Source: a virus. Taken from it: a stretch of 64,000 nt of DNA. The DNA lies in the IMG/VR virus record IMGVR_UViG_3300001335_000085, positions 1,365 through 65,364 of that record. The stretch is one strand, 5' to 3'. Below are positions 48,482-59,400 of the stretch, one piece after another (the stretch's first letter is position 1; the number at the start of each line of letters is the position of its first letter). The notes below the pieces were generated by a model that made no database searches, had not been told where the DNA came from, and saw nothing but the letters and a program-made list of their open reading frames with translations. The position numbers and the translations under genes were made by a program.

Positions 48482-48909
48482 GGTGGTATACTCCCAAAAT
48501 ATGTCATAATAGTGATAGTTGCTATAATTAAATAGGCTATATCTTTAAGTCTGTATAATAGATTTTTAGGTCTATTTTTTAACTCCACCGTCATTAGTTT
48601 AATTTCATCCAATTTTTCATTTAATCTTTTTATTTCCATAGTGCGTACACTATCTTTTTGCTGTAAATCAATTACAGTTTTCTGTAATTCTTTTATACCT
48701 TTATACACATCAGCAGACCACCCATTCTTACCTATTCTTTGAAACAAGATATCAAAGTTTTTACAAAGTTCATCTATTTGCTGTCTCTGTTTAATGGTTT
48801 CATCATGGTCTGCTCCGTATTTTTCAGCCAGTACTTCATATTTTTGTAGTGCTTTTTCGATATTCTCTTTGTTGTATTTAATCTGCTGTGTAATCGCACC
48901 GTCTTCCAT
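48475..48909 (-). CDS. coiled-coil protein with C-terminal TM (holin/XhlA-like)
   Basis: Architecture and position. Confidence 0.5.
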   Translation of the reverse strand: MEDGAITQQIKYNKENIEKALQKYEVLAEKYGADHDETIKQRQQIDELCKNFDILFQRIGKNGWSADVYKGIKELQKTVIDLQQKDSVRTMEIKRLNEKLDEIKLMTVELKNRPKNLLYRLKDIAYLIIATITIMTYFGSIPPW

Positions 48910-49053
48910 CTAACTCCCCTATGTGACGTTATGTCCCCTTACTAAAATGTACATTTCTCAAAATCTGAATGTATTAAATTATCTCTATTTATTACTTCTA
49001 ATCTATCATTCATGCTACCTTTGGGTAGAGTATAGCATATATTTATGTATATA

Positions 49054-49656
49054 TCAATGTAGGATATGTAGGATATTATTAAAGGGGTGGTCTTGTATAG
49101 ATAGCTTCCACCATACACGCTTTCCACCAAAGTGCTGACACCAACCTACATGATAATTCCAGAATAATAATTTAGTGACAATATCATTACCATAGGTTGT
49201 GTAATGAATATCACAATGAGCTTCTAGATATATCTGCAGGTCTCTATTACACACAGCTAATGGTTCAAATATAGTGACTTTTGGGAATGCTATCTTATTA
49301 AAATAATAAGCTGAAATCAAGGCTACTGAAGCTCCCATGCTATAACCGATTATTTTCAGTTTACTGCATTGGGATTCTATATATTTAGATAACAGCATAT
49401 CGTGTATTCTAGTGTAATGACGTACATAACCACCATGAGCTTTATATGGTGTGTGTGGTTCTAGTCTTACTTTAGGAAATTGAAAATTCACTACATAGTC
49501 CATAGGAGTGCTAGAGGCTCTAAAGACTATGTAGAATGTATCATCTTCTGCATACATATATCCTTCAATAGCAGGTTTAGTATATGAATCACTAAATGAT
49601 TCTGCACCATAAGGAATATGTATGATATAATAACTTGCTGATTGAAATCTGTTCAT
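49054..49656 (-). CDS. class 3 lipase (alpha/beta hydrolase)
   Basis: FR.S...D...N, HGG, GYSMG nucleophile elbow, DIV..L, terminal DH. Confidence 0.85.
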   Translation of the reverse strand: MNRFQSASYYIIHIPYGAESFSDSYTKPAIEGYMYAEDDTFYIVFRASSTPMDYVVNFQFPKVRLEPHTPYKAHGGYVRHYTRIHDMLLSKYIESQCSKLKIIGYSMGASVALISAYYFNKIAFPKVTIFEPLAVCNRDLQIYLEAHCDIHYTTYGNDIVTKLLFWNYHVGWCQHFGGKRVWWKLSIQDHPFNNILHILH

Positions 49657-49657
49657 A

Positions 49658-50029
49658 TTATTGCTCCAGAACGTCTATAGCATCAGATAGTCCCAAGTAA
49701 TTCTTGATAAACGGATACATGATATCTTTCTGAGCATCTTCACTTACTGGCATCCCATTGGGGAATATCTCTTCGGCTTGGAATAATCCGACCCATTGGT
49801 AGAGTGCCGAATTTACGTGAGGGAATACCGGTCCCCCGAAAGCTAACGGTGCAACCCTTGAGTTCTGTAAGTGCTTTGCTTCTCTGGACGGATATGCTGT
49901 GAACTCAAAGCGCACCATGACGGCGCTCCCATCTTTCCCCATAGCAATGTTATCAACAGCCCAGTATGCTTCCGGGAAGTCGGTGTAAAATGCATTGTTT
50001 TCTTTGTGTAGTGCAAATTGTAATCCCAT
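49658..50029 (-). CDS. hypothetical tail-fibre-associated protein
   Basis: AAGGAG RBS, follows the fibre genes. Confidence 0.6.
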   Translation of the reverse strand: MGLQFALHKENNAFYTDFPEAYWAVDNIAMGKDGSAVMVRFEFTAYPSREAKHLQNSRVAPLAFGGPVFPHVNSALYQWVGLFQAEEIFPNGMPVSEDAQKDIMYPFIKNYLGLSDAIDVLEQ

Positions 50030-50043
50030 ATTATCTCCTTAAT

Positions 50044-50637
50044 TTAGTATCCTTGACAGAATCGACTTTTTGGCGTACTGTTATATATTTTATTTCCCCT
50101 TTGTGCTGAGAAATTGTAAATCGAGAAACTTGACGGGGGTGAATCAGCACTCTGATAGACTAAGTATTGGGTGGCAGGGGTGCTGTAAATTAGCTTCCCT
50201 TGCAGATGGCTATTATAATAGCTCTCTTCGTTTCTGCTGTTGCCATATCTATGCAGATGCAAATACCCATTACCCTCACCCTTGTAGTATCCTGAACTGT
50301 TGTAAAACTTGATTCTCCATAAACAAGAGTCTTGATGAATGGTATAGCCAAAACTATTATCATCATTCACTGTAAACCAACTGGAGGAATTCTTAAGTTC
50401 TATCGGACCAACTTTCGTGACCCATGACGAGCCGTTCCAGTATTGAAATGTTAACTGATGGTTTGGTGACCCAAATAACGCATAGTTCCCTTCGAAATAA
50501 AAGCACCAAGAATAACAGCAGATGTATAAATACTTTGTTCCACCATTTGGTGTGAGTGTGTTATCTGCTGTCCATGAGGCATTTACCACATCGATACCAG
50601 CCCCATTTGCATAATTTATACTATCACCTACAGCCAT
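50044..50637 (-). CDS. putative receptor-binding/fibre tip protein
   Basis: Aromatic/Asn/Ser-rich beta composition, coupled to the fibre gene. Confidence 0.55.
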   Translation of the reverse strand: MAVGDSINYANGAGIDVVNASWTADNTLTPNGGTKYLYICCYSWCFYFEGNYALFGSPNHQLTFQYWNGSSWVTKVGPIELKNSSSWFTVNDDNSFGYTIHQDSCLWRIKFYNSSGYYKGEGNGYLHLHRYGNSRNEESYYNSHLQGKLIYSTPATQYLVYQSADSPPSSFSIYNFSAQRGNKIYNSTPKSRFCQGY

Positions 50638-53177
50638 TAGTTAAACACCGCCCCATACAGTTTTGTCGCAGTCACAACACCGCCAGATGCCTTTAGATAT
50701 TCTACACCTGATGAATCTTGGATAATCATACCGTTCATAGCTCCTTGTTCAAATTCCCAATAATCACCAAGAGTGTGCCCATAGGGGGAATCAAATGTTA
50801 TGGTGATGCCATAATCTGTAGTTCCATCATCTAATGTAAACGTTTCTCCAGTATCAAGATATAATTCTGCTGAAAGAAATGCTCCAACTGACCATTTGAA
50901 CCTATCACTAAAAGTGTAAATTAGCGAGTGAACATAAATCTTATCTGACCCCGTATCACAACTAATAAGATTTGTTCCATCAAAAGTAAGACCAGAAGAA
51001 TATATACCGGGGGAATTGAAACTAGAGAGTATAGTACTTGATATACCATCATGAACATAAATCTTATCTGCCCTCGTATCACAACTAATAAGATTTGTTC
51101 CATCAAAAGTAAGACCAGAAGGATATATACCGGGGGAATTGAAACTAGAGAGTATAGTTAAGGTGGTAGATATAAAATTTCCATTTCCCACACCTGTTAT
51201 CTCAGCTTTGAACACATCAGCAACCGAAGCTGCTTGTAGTATAGATAAGTCATCTAATCCAGAACCCGTAAAGGTGGGACCGGAAATAATACCAGCGTCA
51301 TCACGTACCGCAACTCGTGCATCTATAGGTGCATCTTCACCGGTTCTTAATGTTCCCACAACCTCAGCATTACGCATGGTGACCTTACCGGCGATAGATG
51401 AGTGAAATATCTTCTCACCACCGTAAACCATCTTGATACCATCGTTCTTATTGACATCAACCACGAATTGTTTCGTAGGGTCTGTCTCTTCTGGGTTATC
51501 TACTTTTAATGTGTTCACTGTGAGATTATTGATAAACGCTTTATACGCAGCTAAGAATGTAAATGCATTCTCTAATCCTAAATCATCAACTTTATTAGCC
51601 CAATCTTCAGCATCAACAGCACTTGATAAATATTTCCATGCATTGTTAATTTGATTAGCTAACACAGCATTGATAGTACTAGCTTCACTGTACACATTTG
51701 TCGAAACTATAGTGTATGTACTAATATCATAAGATATAACTATTTCACCTATAATAACACCTGTAGTCACGGTCTCTGTGTTATTATATAAACTTTGTGT
51801 ATTTATATCATAGATAGTAGGCTTCACTACACCACCATCTAATACTAGATACACTGTAGTATTATCTTCTTGGAGAGTGAAATCAGTACAATCCACTACA
51901 CCCTTAGGCACTGCAAGATATAACGCTGTATCAGCGCTATTATATATGATTTTACCATCTATATCACCACGAGTGTTATTAAAATAATACCCATGTATAT
52001 ATATACTACCTAATACTTCACTACCTAGATATGTAGCTACATTAGGCTGTATACAATACGTAGTAGTACTAGGCACTACTGAAGAAGGACGGTATGGTGT
52101 AGACTGTACTAATGAGCTTTTTAAGATTTCATTTACATGTATATCTGCATCAACATATCTATATGCTTGAACCCCTACTGTATACCATTTATTTATCACT
52201 ACATTTCTTATAGTATAACTTCTACTAGTAGCATCTATATAACTTGCTTGTTGTATAGTGAACACAGGTGCAGTGTCATCTGTTGCACTATGTTCAAATA
52301 TAACAAATCCATCAATATTACCAGCATCACCAGTATTATCAAATGTCCATATAAATTCAATATCAACAGTACCATCAGCATTTAATGTGTATGTAGAAGG
52401 GGTGGTTATTGCAGGAGTATTTGGCGTAGCACTTATTCTATCATTTCGTGTGTTGAAGTTCACTGCACTAGTATATACTGTATTCCCATCAGGGATATCT
52501 CTAATAGAGTTCTCAACTTCTTCTAAACTAATCACATCAACATAGAATATACCACCAGTAGACTCTAATACCAGAGCTATCTCATCAGTGCCTTCAGGAA
52601 GCTCTGAAGGGGTGTCAGGCGTATTACTACTGTGTTCTACATAATTAGTACCAGTACCTTTTATATAGCCTGTATACGTGTTATATGAAGTCTCCAGTAC
52701 TTCACTACCATCTAACGCCACCTTCACATAATCACTGAGGCTGGTACTTGTCTTACCATTGTATATACCATTCTTATAAGCAACAACAGAAGCATATAAC
52801 GTACCACTACCGTCTGTCTTAGCTTTACATGTCACTTTCTTCAGTATATTAGGTACATAGCTTATAGGAGTACCGAACACTAATGTTTGTGCCCCTGTGA
52901 TTTTCAATGCATATCCAGAACTAGCTGTAGCATCTTTCACTATTTCTATAGTGGAATCTGTGGATTGATTACCGAGTAATTCCACATAATCTACATCTAC
53001 TGTGGTGTCATTCTCAAAGATGATTGCTATTTGTTGATACCCTTCTAAAGAGAGTGCAGTAGAAGCTTCACCAGAGGCTAACGTAAGTTCAGTGCTTTCT
53101 CTAGGGATAGCTATAGGCACAGAGCCGTCTGTAGGTAAATAGTTATCTGCTAATGTGTCATACTTAATTATACTCAT
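50637..53177 (-). CDS. tail fibre/spike protein with FN3-like and beta-propeller-like modules
   Basis: 846 aa, Thr/Asp/Val-rich, Y.VGVQAY FN3-like motif, 41-aa repeats. Confidence 0.7.
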   Translation of the reverse strand: MSIIKYDTLADNYLPTDGSVPIAIPRESTELTLASGEASTALSLEGYQQIAIIFENDTTVDVDYVELLGNQSTDSTIEIVKDATASSGYALKITGAQTLVFGTPISYVPNILKKVTCKAKTDGSGTLYASVVAYKNGIYNGKTSTSLSDYVKVALDGSEVLETSYNTYTGYIKGTGTNYVEHSSNTPDTPSELPEGTDEIALVLESTGGIFYVDVISLEEVENSIRDIPDGNTVYTSAVNFNTRNDRISATPNTPAITTPSTYTLNADGTVDIEFIWTFDNTGDAGNIDGFVIFEHSATDDTAPVFTIQQASYIDATSRSYTIRNVVINKWYTVGVQAYRYVDADIHVNEILKSSLVQSTPYRPSSVVPSTTTYCIQPNVATYLGSEVLGSIYIHGYYFNNTRGDIDGKIIYNSADTALYLAVPKGVVDCTDFTLQEDNTTVYLVLDGGVVKPTIYDINTQSLYNNTETVTTGVIIGEIVISYDISTYTIVSTNVYSEASTINAVLANQINNAWKYLSSAVDAEDWANKVDDLGLENAFTFLAAYKAFINNLTVNTLKVDNPEETDPTKQFVVDVNKNDGIKMVYGGEKIFHSSIAGKVTMRNAEVVGTLRTGEDAPIDARVAVRDDAGIISGPTFTGSGLDDLSILQAASVADVFKAEITGVGNGNFISTTLTILSSFNSPGIYPSGLTFDGTNLISCDTRADKIYVHDGISSTILSSFNSPGIYSSGLTFDGTNLISCDTGSDKIYVHSLIYTFSDRFKWSVGAFLSAELYLDTGETFTLDDGTTDYGITITFDSPYGHTLGDYWEFEQGAMNGMIIQDSSGVEYLKASGGVVTATKLYGAVFN
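50929..51158 (-). repeat. two 107-bp direct repeats, 123-bp period (41-aa blades)
   Basis: 50929-51035 vs 51052-51158 nearly identical. Confidence 0.9.
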
Positions 53178-53396
53178 AGTACTACCTTTTATAGTTATAT
53201 AAAAATACTATAGCATGGATGGTGCTATAGTGTCTAGGGTGTGTTATAGTAAATTAACGCTCGGTTAACGTCTCTCCATCCCATGTATACTTGTTGTCTA
53301 AAATGTTGGATAGTGCCTCATTGGTGAGTTGCCCCTTTCGCTTCAAGTGTAAGTATTGTCTTCTTGCGCATTTCTAAATCAGTCATAATAACCTCC

Positions 53397-53624
53397 TTAC
53401 CCATACAGCACATCCCTTGCCTGTCGTGTCTCTGCATCGGTCTGTGGATTGTGCAACCGCTTTGCAAAACCTTTCGTCTTGTGACCGTACTTGAACCAAT
53501 CCCATATCTCCTTCCCAACCCCAAACGCCAGTGCCACAAGCCACCCAAAAGGAAGGAATTTCATGAAAATCACGGCTAGGAAGAAGCTCCATAGGAAGTG
53601 GAGTTGCTTGTCGAGGGGTATCAC
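53397..53624 (-). CDS. small membrane protein (DK.LHF...GKE.WD type)
   Basis: Hydrophobic N-terminal half; C-terminus looks chimeric. Confidence 0.5.
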   Translation of the reverse strand: MIPLDKQLHFLWSFFLAVIFMKFLPFGWLVALAFGVGKEIWDWFKYGHKTKGFAKRLHNPQTDAETRQARDVLYG

Positions 53625-53734
53625 GAAAGCTCCTGCTCTGCAAGCAATGCCTCAACCTCTGCTCTCCACAACTGTGGTACATCTTCCAAGGTCATTTCGT
53701 TGTTATTTATCTTGCGTAAGTATAGTTTCGCCAT
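53621..53734 (-). CDS. CD1375/XkdX-like small protein
   Basis: MAKLY...I.....TLEDVP.LWR.EVEALL. Confidence 0.7.
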   Translation of the reverse strand: MAKLYLRKINNNEMTLEDVPQLWRAEVEALLAEQELS

Positions 53735-53867
53735 TTTGCACCTCCGATATAATTTGTGCGAGTTCAAGAATAGCATCCTCCTGCTCTTGGACCTTTGTTT
53801 GCAATTGTGCATTCCTTGTACGCTCATTTCTAAGCTGCTCCAAAACTGTCAATTTTCTAAAAGACAT

Positions 53868-54055
53868 TTAAGCCTCCCATAGTTCTCTATAATATTTATC
53901 CATACTTTGTATGGTGTTATACGAATTCCCATTGCTTACATGAGCTTTCCACGATATATAACTCTCATCCGCCTTCTCTCGACTCATTTTCCCCTCGGCA
54001 ACTAAAGATTTATATTTTTTTAACTTCTTTTTTCTCTTTTTAATGTTTTCTTTAA
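53868..54055 (-). pseudogene. C-terminal stub of a DGR-type reverse transcriptase
   Basis: K..LKK.K.LV.EGKM..E.ADESY.SWKAH...GNSY..I..MD.YY..LW; no RT core or own start. Confidence 0.7.
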
Positions 54056-54072
54056 ATTGATGATTAACGATG

Positions 54073-55860
54073 CTACACAATAACGCAAGCGGGGGCGAGA
54101 CCGTGACTGTTGTAAGCATAGCTAGCACTGCCGTAGCTCAAACCTCCGGAAGTACGAACACCACGAACACCACTAACGTATGAAACGCTAGGTGAACGAA
54201 GCCACCAATAATGGGGAGAACCTGATAACAATTTGATTCTTTCTGCATATATAACTCCGTCATAAAATTCATACACAGACTCGCCAGTGGTAACCCCTTC
54301 ATCGTCGTAGTACCCCAATTCAACTCTTGAGAGTAAAAACGCTTTGTCTTGTACTGTAACTTGACCACCGCCGTCATAAGATGCTAGAGCAACCTTATTC
54401 TCAACCTCTCCCATTACAGCCACGAGTTCAGGGTCAAGTTGGTATAAAAACCCCCCAGTACCTGCGTATGGTGATGGCATGTCATACAACCCTTGTGACT
54501 CCCAATTAAATACAGATGCACTGCTATTCAAAAATTGGCGAAGAGCATTATCAATGGGATTATTTGAGCCGTAACGCATACGCGCATGATTATTAATAGG
54601 GGTGAGTGTGTCTGACCCTGTAGCAGTTGTGACAACAAGCCCAGTTTCAATAGTTGTTACCCTGTCTGCGTTATAAGAAGTAAGAGTGAGTGGAACGTAT
54701 TCATCTCTTGTCACAATGTGTAATATCCCTCCCGCTGGGATTTCAACTGTGGTTGTTACTTGATATTGGACACCCTCGGTTGTAAAAATATGTGTCCCTG
54801 CTGGTAATGCTGTAACAGCGTTATACATTGCTTGTGGTGCTGAAAATTGTGCATTAAATAGGCAATTTTGTGGTTGCAGAGTTAGCGTGTGGGTATACTC
54901 AGAGTCTACAGGAGTGACGCTAGGATGGTCGATTCCTATTACATTCCACACAAATTCAGTGCCATTGTAATCAGCAACAAGCTGGTCGCCAACCATCAGA
55001 TATTTGTCTACAACGCCTGCACGGACTGCCGTCTGTACATCAGCCCATGATTCCAAGGGATTAAATTCTTCCAAAACCTCTATGCGAGTATCCAACGCAT
55101 CGAGATTGCCCTTCACCAACTTCTCACTTGGATAATGCACATCATCAGGGGTGGATTGGAAGGCCGTGAGTTTGTTGGAAGCATCTTCTTTGTCGGCTTC
55201 CAACGTATTGATGCGCTCTTCATGGTCGGTGAGGTTCTCGTTGGTCCAACCGGCGCCTTTGATGACATCCTGTACATCTTTAAGTACTTTCCCTTGGTTG
55301 GCAGAAAGCGGTTTATCGGTGTCTGTTGATGTGAGATTGTCGACAATACCCGCTTGCTTCAAGATGGTACTATCTGCATCCTCGTAGTCTGCATCTTTTT
55401 TACCTGAATCAAGCAGGTTCCCCTCTGCATCAAGTGAAGCAAAATTGCCGGCAGCAGCTCCTGTTACTTTGTCTGCTTTGTCTGAATCAAGTTCTGCAAT
55501 AGCTCCCTTAATATCAGTAGCTTCTACACCACCAACAGGAGTGAATGTTGCATTTTTAGCATTGTCTTTAATACTTTTTAATACAGAACCTTCTGTTGAC
55601 ACATTACCTTTAAGAATATCCTGTGCATCCTTCAATTCTTTAGCTTTATTAGCACTCACAGGTTTATCAGTGTCGGTTGATGTTAGATTATCAATAGTAG
55701 TGTGCTTAGCATATTCTGTAGCACGAGTACTTTCCTTGATAATCTTCATAGAGCTATCTTGTTCAACACCTCCCCATTCATCACTAGTAAAATCTAGACT
55801 AGTGACTTCATCAGGTACACCGGGTGATATTTCATTTTGACTATAGCGCTTTACTCCCAT
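54073..55860 (-). CDS. tail protein with DUF6273-like C-terminal domain (DGR target type)
   Basis: Two DNLTSTDTDKP.SAN..K.LKD repeats; ends WWLRSP...G..PAC. Confidence 0.8.
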   Translation of the reverse strand: MGVKRYSQNEISPGVPDEVTSLDFTSDEWGGVEQDSSMKIIKESTRATEYAKHTTIDNLTSTDTDKPVSANKAKELKDAQDILKGNVSTEGSVLKSIKDNAKNATFTPVGGVEATDIKGAIAELDSDKADKVTGAAAGNFASLDAEGNLLDSGKKDADYEDADSTILKQAGIVDNLTSTDTDKPLSANQGKVLKDVQDVIKGAGWTNENLTDHEERINTLEADKEDASNKLTAFQSTPDDVHYPSEKLVKGNLDALDTRIEVLEEFNPLESWADVQTAVRAGVVDKYLMVGDQLVADYNGTEFVWNVIGIDHPSVTPVDSEYTHTLTLQPQNCLFNAQFSAPQAMYNAVTALPAGTHIFTTEGVQYQVTTTVEIPAGGILHIVTRDEYVPLTLTSYNADRVTTIETGLVVTTATGSDTLTPINNHARMRYGSNNPIDNALRQFLNSSASVFNWESQGLYDMPSPYAGTGGFLYQLDPELVAVMGEVENKVALASYDGGGQVTVQDKAFLLSRVELGYYDDEGVTTGESVYEFYDGVIYAERIKLLSGSPHYWWLRSPSVSYVSGVRGVRTSGGLSYGSASYAYNSHGLAPACVIV

Positions 55861-55872
55861 GTGATTATCTCC

Positions 55873-56271
55873 TTAATCAAATACTCGTTTCAATACAGCA
55901 ACCGTAGAACTCTCTACTATGTACACCGCACCATTTACTTCCCATTTAATCTCATAATAATATAGATGTGCATCTATATCTGTGTCGGTAGCTGAGAATG
56001 TAAACTTTACCTCACCATCTACGTCAGTAAATGTGCCTGTCTTTACTAGTACTGCTTCTTCGTCTGTATCATTGATATTGTTTTTGAATATACATGTAAA
56101 TACATCAGTAGTGAATGTGGGATATACATTGTCTACTGACACTCTTATTGTATATAATACCGTAGTTTTTATCTTAAAATCGTTCAATGGTAATCTCTCC
56201 ATGTATATATTCATATAATACATAGCCATAACTATCGTCATCATAGCCATAACTAGCGTCACCAAACCCAT
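55873..56271 (-). CDS. BppU N-terminal-like baseplate domain protein
   Basis: G.V.F.FSA.DT......YYYEI pattern. Confidence 0.6.
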   Translation of the reverse strand: MGLVTLVMAMMTIVMAMYYMNIYMERLPLNDFKIKTTVLYTIRVSVDNVYPTFTTDVFTCIFKNNINDTDEEAVLVKTGTFTDVDGEVKFTFSATDTDIDAHLYYYEIKWEVNGAVYIVESSTVAVLKRVFD

Positions 56272-56440
56272 ATGCGTATCCTATACCCATCAATGTACTA
56301 GTAGCAGCATCACGTTCTACTGTTTGCTGTGTAGCTGTGATAAACAATATAGGTGTATGAGATTGTACAGTAACAGCTGTATCAGTATTACGTTGTGTAG
56401 CTGTTACCGTAATGACAGGTTGATATGCTGTAACTATCAT
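56174..56440 (-). CDS. small tail-associated protein
   Basis: ATGA overlap with the J-like gene. Confidence 0.5.
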   Translation of the reverse strand: MIVTAYQPVITVTATQRNTDTAVTVQSHTPILFITATQQTVERDAATSTLMGIGYAYGFGDASYGYDDDSYGYVLYEYIHGEITIERF

Positions 56441-59400
56441 ACTGTAGCCTCAATGAATGTATTATTAAAATAATGTTCTCCATCATACCCTAAATATGCA
56501 GTAGTCAATGTGCTACTAAATACTATAGGGTCACCACTAAAACCATATTCTTCATAAAAACTATACTCATACACATTATCTTCCCAACCATATGCATTTT
56601 CCAATACCGTATAATCAGTAGGATTACCGTTTATAGATAGTGCAACTCCCGTGCCCCAGTTCAAGCTAAATGTATGTTGCCCTGCACTGATAGCTATATA
56701 ATCCATAAAACTAGAACCTGAAGCTTTCCCTGAAAGCAGTAACGCATTATCTTTCAACGCTAAATCAATATAATTATCAGTATCACCATAGATATGACAT
56801 ATAGGATACGTATCATCTATAGGTATATTAACAACTTTTACTGATACTGTCAAGCTACCATCTACTGTTTGTGTGTCATAATGTGCAGTGAATGTTCCGT
56901 TTACATAGGGAGGGATAAAGTCAGTCTCTGTTATTGACACATATTGAGCATCTGTCATAGTAAATGTGAGAGTCTCTCCTGAAGTATCAAACTCTAATGG
57001 AGTATTATAACTAGCTGTGCCGTAACTACAAGACACCGTGCCTCTATAGGTTTGTACAACCACATGTCCTGTTACTGTGATATCTTGTGTTACTGGGCTT
57101 GTTACTTTATTTGTGTAGCTTTCTCCCATATATCCATTATTTGTATATCTACCACCTACAAAAGCAGTGATACCATTACTCTTTGTTATTATATGTGAAG
57201 CACCGCTTGCATTGACCTGTATAGCACTTAAACTGTTTATACTCTGCCAATCTACCCCATCATTCACTAATATATTAGCTTTTGTAGCTTCTCCACTAGA
57301 CGCTTCATACGTAGTACTTGCTAATAGATTATAAGGCACACCATCTCCCGGTATTTGTTGCCATCTATGTTCAGGATTCTCTATATTAAACGTGTCTTTG
57401 TTTAATACATCAAATGTGGATGAACTACGTAAACGCCAATCTGCTACACTGTATGTTTCTCCCTCTTCTTTTTCAATCACACAATCATATAGTCTTGTGT
57501 TGTTTAACCATATGTCTCCTAGAAAATAAGGAGGAGAAGGTTGCTCTTGGAATACTTTTATATTAGTAGAATTGTTTTGACGCTCTATGATACTTTGTAA
57601 TGTAGCATCAATATCACCATATGTAGATGTGTTTACATAAGGAGCATCACTACCTAATGAGGTGATACCACTCGACCATACCGGCATCTCAGCAAGGTTA
57701 TACACAGCACTGTCATATTCTATTGCTTCTATTGTACATTCTAGATTCGCATTATAACCTATACTGGTGATGACACATTCAGATGTTTCTAGATTATACT
57801 CTCCAAAACTGAATAAATCTCCTATGAGTATTTCATCTTCTACTACTGTCTGATCTAGATAGAGTGTATTTGTAGTACCTTCATATGTGATAAGTTTGTA
57901 TGTGACAAAATCATCTTCAGTTCTTATGAGGATACCATATTCTTTACCAGCCTCCATAGTACAAGCTTCATCTACTATGAGTTGAGTGATTAACCCACTA
58001 TCTACTGTATAGTTAGACACACGCCCTGAACATAATCCTAGAAGAGCTGCGTCATGCTGTACTAATATCTTATCACCTCTTGTAGCAACAAGTGCGTCCA
58101 TAGATGTAGTAAAATTAAATATCCTCTGCTGTATCTGCATTGAATTAAGAAAGTATCTTGCTAAATTATAAGCCTGTATAACGTTATCTACGTATGCTAT
58201 TTCTATAGTTTCAGCATTAGTAGGGTTATCTGAGTCAGAAGCAGTGATAGTGTCTACTTTATACCCTACATTTGCATTAATGAACTGTACTGTAACTCCA
58301 TCAGGTAATTCTCCTAACACACGAGAAACACTAAATGAGTCTTTAATCATATTTCTAGCAGTAAACATCTGTATAGGATTAGGACGTTCAATTTCTGGAA
58401 GTATAGTGTATTTACCATCTATCACAGCAAACGTTGCTCTTGCAGTACCACAGATAAGTGTAAGTTCTTGTTCTAATGTTGTTTCAGTACTACACACACC
58501 ATTACATGTATACCCTTCAGTTTCACACCATGTATGAAAAGCTTTTATAGATGGCATATCAAAGTATTCTTCAGTAAACGGTATAGGGTGTTGTGTTAAT
58601 GATTCATTCGTCAATGCTTCGACAAATAAACTAGCAGGATTGTTAGTTTCACGTACAATCCACGTATCTGTGTCACTATCATAATCTTTTGCAAATCTAC
58701 TCACAACTACATTTAGATTATTTATTGTACCTGATAACTGTTCTGATGCTTTAATACGTAATGCCATGATGACTAATGTACTGGCAGTATCAGCATCTAT
58801 AGGTGTAATATAATTATTTTCTGTATCTACTTGCTGTGTACGTATATTTGTCCATGTCAGATTCTCTAAGTAAGCAGCATCAAGATGGTCTATATTGGTT
58901 TTAGTAATTTTGATATCATATTGACCTCTAACAGGAAAATCTATAGTATAAGCAGTCCTAACACTTTTACGTGTACCGCCTCTTATAAAATCCGTATACG
59001 CAGTTGTCCATGTAGTATCAGTTTTTAATTTATATTCAATAGTAAAATCAACTTGTTTTCCTACTATCTTTGAATTTGAATTGATTTTTCCAATACCTTG
59101 TAATAATCCTAATTCTATATCTGCATGTTTCACATTCATAGATGTTGTGTAGTATTGAGGAATATCATATGTACAGTTTTTATTGAGAGATGTCTGTGTT
59201 ACTTGATATGGGTAATGTTTTGGCATCGCTCCATTATAACCAAATGAAATATCAACATCAGTATAGATACCAGTCTTTTGTAAATATGAGAGCGTGATAG
59301 TAGCAGTTTCAGTTTGTAGTGTGTAGGTATCTTTTAATGTAATAACAGTATAGGTTGCACTTTCTACTTGATATTCACCTTCATTTAATCCACCTTGAAT

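Noticed and set aside
50929-51158. DGR template/variable repeat pair
   Set aside because: Both copies are in-frame coding and the mismatches are not restricted to adenines
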